DNA of 63,981 nt, the filler included, from Choristocarpus tenellus KU-1152 (taxonomy: Eukaryota > Protista > Phaeophyceae): assembly GCA_964200185.2 (NCBI GenBank). It is 10 parts of 10 records of this genome, joined end to end, with 100 filler letters (N's around TTAATTAATTAA, not from the genome) between each part and the next. Parts side by side here need not be neighbours in the genome. Positions count along the whole stretch, not along the records: positions 49,568 to 54,466 come from CAXNAD020012613.1; positions 54,567 to 61,148 come from CAXNAD020007817.1; 8 more parts are not named here. One strand, given 5' to 3'. Position 1 is the first letter of the stretch; each line of letters starts with the position of its first letter. The notes under the pieces are model-generated. The model saw nothing but the letters and a program-made list of their open reading frames with translations, was not told the DNA's origin and did no database searches. The position numbers were made by a program, and so were the translations under genes. Below are positions 49,625-60,122 of the stretch, piece after piece.

Positions 49625-52200
49625 ATGCAGGGTCTGGACTGCGAACTCCTGGTCTATTCTTCTTCCCCTTTCCTCTTGTCTTCTTCTTTCCTTTGTCCTG
49701 GTCGGCCGGGGGCCGTTTGTTCCAGACGCCCCTAAGAGTGTGGGAGAACTGTCATGGAGAAGCACATGGGTGGTGGAACGGTAAGTAACATGGATGACAT
49801 GGGTGTCTGCCTCACGAGGTACGAAATAGGTGGTAAACATTGCAGCTGTTGCAGGGTCAGGATGGGGGTATATGCATATACATTCATACGTTACTTCAAT
49901 CGAGTAAGTCAGAATTGACTTACCCATTCCTCTGGAAATATCTCCCTCCTGACAACATACGTCAACGCGAGCCCGTCAGTAGGTAGTCTTTTGGCTGCTT
50001 GCTCTGAGAAGACATGCGCAGCCACTTCTACAATGTCGCACCAGCGATGGCCTTGGGGGGTCTCCCCTCTGAGGATGGATAGTCCGACTCCAGCGAGGAC
50101 ATCAGTGCACATTCTTGCGAAATACTGCTCCTTGACCTCGTCCATGACCTACACGTACATCAAATGTGCGATTGTATGTGGTTAGGATACAGACAAAGAA
50201 CGAGCTCTGAGGGTGTGGAAGAATTAGGGTTAGCAGTGTATCTACCAGGGAAGGAATACAAGGGGATGCGCGTAGCGCATCTGAACCTTACGGGCTTGGG
50301 GGTCTTTGGAAACTGATCGCTTTACTGTTCGACAGAACACATCAAATCCTTCATTACTGTCTGCCCCATTTCAAGTGTGCCGACATCAAGTGGGGACAAC
50401 ATATAGTTGGGAATGTCTATCCCACCTTCAACCTATAGGTGTGTGCGAACCCGCTGTTCTTAACGGATTCCATGGCGGAGTCCAGATTAGCGTACCACAG
50501 CACAGTGAACATGTGAACCGCTATGAAGTCGAATTTGTCCTGGTCAGGTGCGGGGGTTGGGTGTGTGGAGGATAAGGTAATATGATCAGGACAGAAGAAC
50601 GTGGGAATGGGAGTGGGTTTGTTGGTTAATTGTGTATGCCATTAGGTCGATAGCATAGCACATGTATGAAACGTCAATTCAAGCTCAGTATTGGAAGGCA
50701 GGGGTTACTACGGTGTTGTTGGACCGTTGGTGATGACCCAAAGTATCTGGGAGGGGGAGGAGGTCTAGACCAGGGTGTCCATTTGGCTCAAAATCAGGAA
50801 ACGTTCATTTACATTACCCATCCGACGTATGCAACCAAATCACCCAAAAATCACGGCATGAAAAACTTGACCCCAAATGGACAGCCGCCACCCCCCCTCA
50901 GATACTTTGGGTCTGATGGGGTATTGGATGTACTAATATGGATACGGGTGCATCGGGCTTACACTCGACCCGTCACGTTTCTTGTGCTCTCTCCACACAC
51001 ACCGAGAAGGATCTCGTCCAGTTCTTTTGTCTCTGGAGGAGCATAGTGAGGGGAAGAGAGGGATAGGGTATGTTAGACCACCGACGTGGTATTAATATGG
51101 ACATATGCGAGAAAAGGTACGTGATGCTTCACAATCGTTTCACGAATCGTTTCCACTGGAAGGAGCCATGAGAACCTCACCTTCTCTTGCGCATATGTAG
51201 ACAAGGGTGGCGATCGCGTTGAAGAATTGGATGGAGATCTGGTTGGTGAGTCACCCCGGCTTCCATATGTGTGTCCTCACAAGCTTCTTTGAGGAATACC
51301 TTGATCTTGGCAGCTACCCTCCTCTTAATAGCCGTCTGTAACGCGGCGTCGGCACTCCGGAAGTCTATATCTCCTAGGCAATATTGGTTGCACCTGGTGA
51401 CCAATGTCGTCATGCGTGTGCGACGATCAGAGTCCTCTTCCGTTTCCCGGACGTAGGGGTGGGACCTGTCGCAACCGAAGTCATGCCTATACTCCAGGAT
51501 AGTGGCGACCCAAGAAACCATCCAGTGGAATATGTCGAGATTGTTGGGCACATACGACCTACTGGCCGCCACACTCTCTCGTACCGAAATGGATTCAGCC
51601 TTTTCGCCGTTGTAGTTGGGATAGATCTCCCACATGAAGCTCCTGTGATCGTCTATCTGGAGGTTCACTCTGACGTCTGAGGCCCATCGCGTTGTGACAT
51701 GGCCAGGAGATTGATGCCACCTGGGATATTGTCCTCGTTCACGACGCATTGGATTGTCCTCAGCACCATTATGCGGTGTGGTCCATTCAGGAAAAATAAG
51801 AGGTTGTCGTCGTCATCTATATCCCTATCGTCGCCATTCTCGTCCACATCCAGGTTGCCGTTGACGATGTAGTTTGCAAGTAGTTCGCCATCGGGCACAC
51901 TAGAGGGCACGTTTGCCCTGCACATGTCGGCTTTGATGTGGCTTATCGTCTTCCATCTGGAACACAGGGAAAAAGGCTACCCGCTCAGGATCCCCGTGAG
52001 CCTATCGGCGGCGACAGCTGGGTCCGGCCCCAGCTTAGAAAACATAGACTCCACTCTACCGTTGTCAAGAAGGTTTGCGTTGTACCTCTGCGTCAAGTAG
52101 GCAGACTTGGCGAGGTCCGTCGTGCATGTCGCGCTGAGGTTGGACGTTATCAGGTCCGTGGTCTTTTGGTGTTAGTCCCCGGGCCTCCGGTCAGCTGTCT
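49625..52200 (-). pseudogene. Multi-exon orphan pseudogene
   Basis: One minus frame runs ~52200-51665 through two isolated stops (GAC TAA CAC; GGG TAG CCT), then frameshifts into ORF 51177-51749. Further exon-like blocks at ~50540-50292 and 50148-49922 have GT/AG borders. Confidence 0.5.
50735..50913 (+). mobile_element. MITE family B, complete 179-bp copy, 4-bp TSD TGAT
   Basis: Perfect 15-bp TIR GACCCAAAGTATCTG / CAGATACTTTGGGTC with adjacent G/C tracts, flanked by TGAT. Confidence 0.92.
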
Positions 52201-52582
52201 GTGAAGATTGAGGGAAAATGTTGGGACAATGGTATCAGCAAAGAAGGAACTATATCGACGTATGCGATGGTTAGCCGAGCGCATCAAGGGAGTCTCCATA
52301 TGAACAGTGGTGGACTATGTGATTAATGATGACGGGATCTGCACGGAGTGCAGGGTTCATGTCCATGCGTGGGCTATGCAAATGAGATATGAAAAGGGCG
52401 TAGGGATTCCGTGGGAATGAGGACGGTGCAACACTTTCCTGCGAGGTCGCTATTCACTAAGCAATATGAAACTGTTAACGTGGTCGACATGGGATGAATA
52501 TGAATAGGAATACACACCAATATCGGACACAGCCTGGTAGGAATTTACGCGCCGACCAAGGTGACATATAGCGGGGGCAATC

Positions 52583-52828
52583 ATGCACAGGTTTGGGCTT
52601 GACACAAGGCTGATAATATTGAATGATTTTGATCTGTTCTGTCGAACGGTGAAGGCCATCAAATTCCAAAGCACGGCAATACGGTTTGGGGGTGTGTATG
52701 TACATCTCCAATGTAAACCTTATCGGAAATGTTCCAATGGTATCGGATCCCTTACACGCGCATTTCGAAGGTCTTACCACGTCACGCCGGACGGACGGAT
52801 GTTGTGGTGCGTGAAATTGCATCATTGA
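52583..52828 (+). pseudogene. Diverged paralogue fragment of the minus-strand orphan gene at ~50000-50370
   Basis: NDFDLFCRTVKAIKFQ...TPDGRMLWC versus NEGFDVFCRTV(frameshift)AISFQ...TPQGHRWC. Confidence 0.5.
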
Positions 52829-53071
52829 ATCTTGCTTTTATTTCGGATCAGTTATCTGATTACTCCCAACACAAGTGACAGCAACACATGTTCCAATTTC
52901 GGAAAAAAGGTTCGGCCGAATTCTCTGTAGTCATCTCGTATTAGAGTCGTTCAGTTTATTTTACGATTACATTTTTGATCCGAGGTGAAATCTGTAAATG
53001 GCGGGTTTGGAGTGGTGTTGAAAATGTAGGTGATCTTTTATTGCCAAGGCTAGGGTTGGTATCATGGGTGC

Positions 53072-53320
53072 TGGTCGAAATATCTTGGTGGTAGGGCCGC
53101 GTACACAAAGCGACCGAATTCAAATGCCCTTTTTTTCATGTCTTTCTCGCCCTCGTGGTATTTTGGACATGTGTAAATGTCCAAACGATTGAACACCTCT
53201 TTCCATAGTGTAGACATTGTAAATATCCAAAAAATCTAGGAGAAAGTATAAAGTCCACGAAAACCCGTGGCCAGCCAAGCCCCAAAGGACGGACAGGAGA
53301 TAGTCGTGCCCTCAAACATA
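53072..53320 (-). mobile_element. Highly diverged MITE family A relic
   Basis: AATATCTTGGTGGTAGGGCCGCGT ... AAAACCCGTGGCCAGCCAAGCCCCAAAGGACGGACAGG...CCCTC, collinear with 16642-16900. Confidence 0.65.
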
Positions 53321-54262
53321 GAGCATCGAATATAAAAATGCCAGCATGTCAACCATTGACAGGTGGTGTGTACACTGTTGCAAAGGCAAATAAATGCCTT
53401 GCATCCTATCTAAAAATGCTGGATTGAACACCATTGATACAGGTGGTGTGTACAAGGTTGTAAGGGTTGCAAAGACAGGGTACTGATTTTGAAAACGCTG
53501 GAATCAATGAGGATTGACGGATGGTGTGTACACGGTTGGAGCGCAAATATTTCCAAGGCATCGAATCTAAAAATGCTGGAATCACCACCATAGACAGGTG
53601 GTGTGTAAACGGTTGGACACGCAAATAACAACAGGGCATCCAATCTAAAAATGCTGGAATCAGAGTGAAAGTATTTTAGAGGGTACGAGTTTTACCCTGT
53701 TTGTCCTCTGGGGTTTGGCTTCCCACGGGTTTTTCATGACATTTTACCTACTCCGAAACATTTCGGAGTAGGTAAAATGTATACGTTATGAAAAGGAGTG
53801 ACCAGAACAAGGATATTGGCATCTCCTAACAAACATGATAGCCAAAATAACATCAAAATTGCAGCATCGGATTTGGTCCCCAAATGGACGCGGCACCACC
53901 CTCTAAGATACTTTGACTCATCACCACCATAGACAGGTGGTGTGTGCACGGTTGGAAACGCAAATAATTACAGGGCATTGAATCTAAAAATGCCGGAATC
54001 ACCGCCATAGACAGGTGGTGTGTACACGGTTGGACACGCAAATGATCACAGGGCATCCAATCTAAAAATGCTGGAATCACCACCATTGACAGGTGGTGTG
54101 TACACAGTTGGACACGAGAATAATTACAGGACATCGAATGTAAAAATGCTGGTATCACCACCACTGACAGGTGGTATGTACACGGTTGGACACGCAAACA
54201 ATTACAGGGCATCCAATATTAAAATGCTGGAATCACCACCATTGACAGGTGGTGGGTACAGT
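53320..54262. repeat. 78-bp minisatellite, ~9 units, interrupted by a MITE
   Basis: Unit CAGGGCATCCAATCTAAAAATGCTGGAATCACCACCATTGACAGGTGGTGTGTACACGGTTGGACACGCAAATAATTA. Starts at 53971, 54049, 54127 and 54205 are exactly 78 apart. Confidence 0.92.
53663..53919 (+). mobile_element. MITE family A inside the minisatellite, 4-bp TSD ATCA
   Basis: The neighbouring units give the empty site GGAATCACCACC. The filled site is GGAATCA[element]ATCACCACC. Confidence 0.95.
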
Positions 54263-54278
54263 ATCATGTTAGCCACAT

Positions 54279-54466
54279 GAGTGCAAGTATCTTAGAGGGT
54301 ACGAGTTTTGCCCTGTTTGTCCATTTAGGGTTTGGATTCCCATGTTATTTTTTCTACATTTTCCGGTTTCAAAATAAATAGGAGTACGTAAAATGTGTAT
54401 GTTACGAAAAGGTGTATCCGGAACAAGGATATTGACACTTCCTAACAAAGACAATAGCCAATATTA
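54279..54466 (+). mobile_element. MITE family A, truncated by gap
   Basis: GAGTGCAAGTATCTTAGAGGGTACGAGTTTTGCCC... runs into the linker. Confidence 0.88.
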
Positions 54467-55196
54467 NNNNNNNNNNNNNNNNNNNNNNNNNNNNNNNNNN
54501 NNNNNNNNNNTTAATTAATTAANNNNNNNNNNNNNNNNNNNNNNNNNNNNNNNNNNNNNNNNNNNNTTTTTATTTTTTGTTCATGTCCCTGCTGAATATT
54601 CCTATGCCCCCCCCCCCCTTTTTTTTTACTGTTGGGGTGATATTTATTGCTTGTTTTTGACTGCTCATGCACTTCAATTTGTGTGATGTGAAAGTTCACT
54701 CTCCCATGCTGTGAAATGCTGAGAGGTCTTTTGTTCCCCTGGGCCAACTCTGACGATAGTGCTGTGGTGTTGCACGTGTACAGTGTCGTTTTTCTGAAGC
54801 CTTGCTCCCTTCCCCTGGCATTCTAAGGTCTGTCTTCTCCTTGAGGTGTCTTGTAGAGGTTTTTGCTCGGCGCCAAGTGCTGCTGGGGCTCCAATATTTT
54901 TGTCCACTAACTCAAATATGTGGTTATACAGTTGATGATCACTACAGTTGATGATACACCATTGATGATACACCTCATTCAATCCACTCAACCTTACTAA
55001 CTAGGCTTTTTCAACATGGCACCATTTTTTTTTTTGGGGGGGGGAGGGGGGTGTTGTTGTGATGCTGGATCTCTGTTTCAAATCCTTGTTATTTTGAGTT
55101 ATTGTATGCAATGCAGTGCCTTCCATTGCACTAGGAAAAGCTCTACAGAACACAGAGGCGTTTTTTGAACTTAAAATTGATACTCATATTTTGCAG

Positions 55197-55800
55197 TTTT
55201 GGAAACTGGGCAAGACAGTGGCGAAACTGTATCCTGAAGGCAGGGTCTCATGGAACATCAGACGGTGATGTTGAACTCTGAGAGTGTAGTCATTCTACTT
55301 GACCCTAGGTGGAGGGGCAGGTGTTGGTCACCCCTACATTGTTTGGGAAGGCTGCAGTGGTATACTTGGAATGGTTGCGATTATTAAACCCGTTCAATGG
55401 TCTATGTTTGGTGGGTTGGCAAGGTATAAACAGTTAATAGACTATTAGTATCTTGCTACCATTTCCACAACTTCTTTGCTAACTTTTGCTGTGTTGCCAC
55501 TGCTCTTGAGCACTGGAGGTGACATCAGCACTGCACACTTACCTGCATGAGCTCTAATCCCCCCCTGCCCCCTGCCCCCTGGCCCCCTCTCTACCATTTC
55601 TGAACTGGCTTGAACATGGTGCCACCAGGTATGAAAACTTTGATGTAGATAGAACTGACGCTTTTTCCTCCTCCAGTTATGCCTATGATGGTGCCAACTT
55701 GGGAGGTGGCCTTGGACCAGCCGTGGGACCAGCTGTGGGATCAGGAATGCCAGGCATGGGACCAGGGATGCTTAGTGGAGGCGCAGAGGCAGACCTTTAA
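55197..55800 (+). CDS. 3' exons of a hypothetical protein with a Gly/Pro/Met-rich tail
   Basis: Exon 55197-55264 (FWKLGKTVAKLYPEGRVSWNIR, phase 2) joins 55629-55800 (YENFDVDRTDAFSSSSYAYDGANLGGGLGPAVGPAVGSGMPGMGPGMLSGGAEADL*) in frame. Confidence 0.5.
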
Positions 55801-57702
55801 AGGTTAGGGTTGTTTCAAAGGGTACGCTGCAGACAATAGCGCCTTGGCCTCTTGAGAGATACTGAGATGTGTGGTGTGTGCAGTAGTCTCCCTGTACTTG
55901 TGTGCAATGATAAGTGTACAGACAGTTACGTGTGCCTGTTGCGTGGGGGTGTTTTTTTTTTTATTGTGCAGTGCTCTGCTTGCTTGCCTGTGGATCTTTT
56001 GCTGCTGAGCGCCTCCCTGGGACTAAGATCTTTTTCTAAGCAGAAGAGCTACAGGCCTTGAATGTTTTGGTGGTCGTATTTGTACACAAGTTTTGTGCAC
56101 TTTTTTTTGTGGTGGCTCCATGAAACCAGAGGGATATTGCTGCAAGGGATGAAAAAGATATGGAGTGAAGGGCTTATTGCAATTCCGCAAGAGACAAAAG
56201 TGGTACGCATGCCTACGTTTCTGCCCTTGGTTTGCCTCTCCATCCAGTTGGTGATCTGTTATTATTGTGTGGGTATCTTTTCTTCATTTTTTTTGTAAGA
56301 AAGAGAATGTCGTATCGATGAGCAGGATGGAGGGGTCCATTGGGAGACCTGTAAGAAGGTGTATGCCATGAGCACTCTATTGTAGTAGTGATGCACGCTA
56401 CGCTTGGCCTATATGTCAATGGATTGGTATTTGGAAGCACTCCAGAGTAGTATGTTTACGTGGGTTGAGTGTGTTGTACTTCAGTGTTAGTGCTCCTAGT
56501 ACTAGGTAGGCGTGTTTGTCCTGCAAGTGAGGGATAAGATGATTACTCTGTGTTGTGAGAGTGCTTCAACTGCGACGGTGAAGGTCACCTAGGAAGGAGA
56601 ATGAGTGGACTCTTTTGCCTCTCCTTAAACAAGTGGGAAAAAATCGTTTTTGTGGGAGGTTTGTGGCTGTTGTCCTCTGTTGCCAGCAAGGCCTACTCTC
56701 TCTCTTTCTCTCTCTCTCCCACACACACATTAGCAACCCCTTAAATAGGGGAAGGCGGTTGTACAACCCAATCAATGACATTATTTTATTTATGTTGCAT
56801 GCCAAGCGTGTCTGATGTATATGATGCTAATGCCATTTTGCAAATTAGAGATGAGGGGTTGCTTAGTAACGCAAGGGTGCGTTGCCCATCGTGGACTCTG
56901 AGTCTCTCCCACTATGTGCCATGCACCCATACCTGACATTTGTTCCTACTTGTATACTCTGTTGCTTTGTTGATCTTTAACCCCAGAACAGCCCCTTTGT
57001 GTGTGTGCATGCCACTGTGAAGAATGTTCTTTGGTGGTATGGTAATGGTAGAACTTTGGTCCCCAAGATATCGCTCACCAAAGTAGGAATGCATTGATAT
57101 ATACACGGTTCAGAAGGGCTTTCCTACTTTGGCGAGAGGAGGTGGCTGAGGGCTTTCCATTTTTGAGAAGGTATTCTTAAAAATATGTACTGGAGGACCA
57201 AAATCGGATGGCAGAAACATACATATTTATTTGGCGTCATCCAGTACAGTGTTGGTAACACGGAATAGTTTTTAGACACCAGACAGGGTTGATAACTTTA
57301 CTATACACATTGGAGAGGATGTTTTCATGCATGCTTACTACTTCCCAACTTTGTACACACATGGTCTCCAACATGATTTTGTGGGCAGCAAGAGTGCTCT
57401 TGGGCTATAATACCCCACGACTAAACATACCTAGGCCTGCACTCGAAAGACCATATTAGCTATATACGTTAACTGGGATCTTATGAAAATATATTAACTA
57501 AGCACATGGTAGGTGGGTGATTCAACTTGTGGAAAAGCATTATGAATAATGTGCCTCTCAAGCACCTATCCATGGACACACCCTCAGGCCTATCTCTCAT
57601 CCTTCATCCTGCACTCAGTACATACATTGGATTGGGATATTATGGATATGACACATGGTAGGGCTTGACTCTTTTCTCTGATAAGGCACTGATATGCATT
57701 AT

Positions 57703-59320
57703 CTACAGTGACAGCCCAAATGCTGTTACTATGCACTTCATTCGACTGCCCTGTTGCTCCCTCATCTTTTCTGTTGGCCATGCTACCTAGAGTGAGATTC
57801 GTTGGGGTAGAAAATAAAACATCAAGCACAGGAAGGTTCAGCCTTACCCGATACTATCACGTTTGATGATGTTATGGGTAAGGGGTGATTTGTGTGGTGA
57901 GGGATGATGATGCCTGCAGATTGTCTTGATGTGAAAAAGGATTGGTTGTAATGGAGCAGGAATTCACCGTGTTTGAATTGAATTGTTGGGGCCGTTACAT
58001 GTGTGCTGTGTAGCACCTCTCTTACTCCCCTTCTGGATAGCAAACAAGAAAAGGAAGTCTTGCTTGCACCAATGGGTGAAATGGGTCCTTTTATTGGTGG
58101 GTCATTATGTGTTCCAAGACATTCCCGATTTCCGTCGATCGAGAAATCAGAGGTTGTTGGGATGGTTGGTGTATGGTTACGATATTACTGCCAACAGTGA
58201 GAGTAATTGACATGTTCTGTCTACGGTTACTTGGATACGGTAGCACCCAAGACCCTGATATATACACTTGGCGTCACAATTACATGCGAGGACATACACT
58301 CTACGTAGGCCAGCACTTGCTGAATCTAGGAAAGGCATGCACAAATGCTCTCTACTAAAATGAGGATTCAATGAAGACGTCTCCCATCTCCTGTTGTTAC
58401 TTTCACACACCTAGTTCTCCTACCTTTCCTGTCCATTTCAAATTATCATCATTTGTCGTGCAATATGTGTGAAATATATGTTAAGACATTTATTCGTGAC
58501 TGCTACACCTACATCGGCAGAGGAAGCCACAAACTTATTGTAGCGAGCATTTTCGTCTAGAGCAAAACACGTAGGAGTAAGTACTTGACTACCAAGTCTG
58601 ACTATGGTCTTCTTTGGTCCTAACTCATACCATGTCTCTTTTAGAAGGAAGTATAGTTCCTACGCAATAAGATTTATTGCTGCAAATCCACTCCAATCCA
58701 CAGGGAATCCAGCAGGGAATTTCACCTGGCAAACATTATCGTTAGTCATGTCCCAGTATGCGCTGTGCCCAGCATGGAATCCTGCACCATTTTTCTGGAC
58801 GATAACACAGGACACAACATACTTAAACGGCTTGTTTAAGTCGTTCAGCTCCTGCATACACCTTTCGCATATTGAATTAACCCAATGGGACACCTGGTGA
58901 CCAGTTTGATTCAGATATGGAAACTTGAGGGTTACTACGGATTGGTTTATTTTGTTCTCACCTCCACCTGTACCTGTAGGTAGGGTCATGCTTCTTTGCC
59001 TGGTTTAATGTTATCTTTTCGTGTTAGCAATGGTAACAGATCTGAACATCGACTAGGAAACAGCAGTCACAATAGAATACGTATGCTGCATAGTGCAGCG
59101 AAACAAGTTCTGTGGGTCGAGATTTTCCAGAGTGCGACCTGAAACCAACCACGGTCCAAAGAGGACTAGGAGCAATCTAACTGCTAAATAGTCCCGTTCC
59201 AACTCGTACCTTCTCCTCATAGTAGACCTCTGTCCGCAGCACCCCTTCGATGACTGCCATCAATAGGCTTTCTACCTGCTCAGGAATAAATGCAAGCTGC
59301 TCTGATGTCTCGATATCCAT
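57703..59320 (-). CDS. DYNLT1: Dynein light chain Tctex-type 1, complete, 3 exons, 120 aa
   Basis: 59320-59210: MDIETSEQLAFIPEQVESLLMAVIEGVLRTEVYYEEK. 58893-58726: VSHWVNSICERCMQELNDLNKPFKYVVSCVIVQKNGAGFHAGHSAYWD...VCQ. 57786-57703: VAWPTEKMREQQGSRMKCIVTAFGLSL*. KPFKYVV.C.I.QKNGAG is the Tctex1 signature. Confidence 0.95.
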
Positions 59321-59649
59321 TGTGTATTGTGGCGAGACCTTCTAGGTATCGTAGACCAACCACACTCTATAGCGTTTCTGCAAGTTGCGTTGTCCTTAAC
59401 GTAGGCGTACGCTCAAGTTTCCTTATATTTATTCCCGGACGTGGTTCCTGTTCTTGTTGCTAGTAAGCCTCTTCTCCTCGCTCAAACTACGGCCCTCCTT
59501 TTCTCCCTTGCGGATCTTTCGGAAGTACGCGTGCTATTGTTCGAACAATCTACTCCCGCGAAACCGTCAAACATAATAAGAAACACTATTGGAAACTGCA
59601 TTCACGGATTCACAGGTTCACGTTTCTTGTGATACATCTTGTATCTAGG
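59321..59649. promoter_or_regulatory. Probable bidirectional promoter (329 bp between divergent start codons)
   Basis: Head-to-head ATGs at 59320(-) and 59650(+). The interval retains many CpGs. Confidence 0.6.
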
Positions 59650-60122
59650 ATGGCTAAGGGACAGAACTTGACCATGATATCCGTAACCAACTCCATTCCC
59701 ACAGTGAGCATTCCTTCAAATGAAGTGCTCATGGAAGACATGGCCCTTTACGCAGAAAGGATAGACATGCAGGGAATGATGCAAGAATACCTTCGAAGGT
59801 GTGTATGCGAGGGAAAGTTCTTCTTCAACTCGCGACGATATAAACATCGGACGAGTCCCTGTTTTGTGGAAGAGGAGAACCCAAGAGCTTGGGTATTGTA
59901 GGAAAAAAGCGGACGTGAGGGCTCGGTTGCGTCGCCTGAGAGAAATACGTCTGCACCAACAGCATCGAGCTCGTGGTCAACACTACCATGCCAACCGTTT
60001 GTCTGTACTCATTGCGTGTGAATGTCATTCTCAGGGTGCTGCTCAATAAACCGGAGGACCCGATCAAGTTCTTAATGGCTCAGATAAAGAAGGCCAGTAC
60101 AAACTCTCAAAATGACACCTGA
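59650..60122 (+). CDS. Small Dpy-30/RIIa-like dimerisation-docking domain protein, 2 exons, 78 aa
   Basis: Exons 59650-59798 and 60035-60122 (phase 2) give MAKGQNLTMISVTNSIPTVSIPSNEVLMEDMALYAERIDMQGMMQEYLRRVLLNKPEDPIKFLMAQIKKASTNSQNDT*. The L..KPEDPI.FL motif is typical of the D/D fold. Confidence 0.8.

Noticed and set aside
51960-52180. Alternative genetic code (in-frame TAA/TAG read as Gln)
   Set aside because: The intact Tctex1 gene ends in TAG at the expected position, and the same region also has a frameshift. Pseudogene decay is simpler.
53320-54262. CRISPR-like array (palindromic repeat at regular spacing)
   Set aside because: The whole 78-bp unit repeats with no unique spacers. There are no cas genes and the context is eukaryotic.
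58660-58725. Tctex1 C-terminus as given by the ORF track (VKFPAGFPVDW...)
   Set aside because: This is intron read-through. A better-matching terminal exon exists at 57786-57703.
59023-59038. RFX X-box-like GTTAGCAATGGTAAC in Tctex1 intron 1
   Set aside because: It is an imperfect match, and RFX factors are not expected if the host is a stramenopile-like protist.
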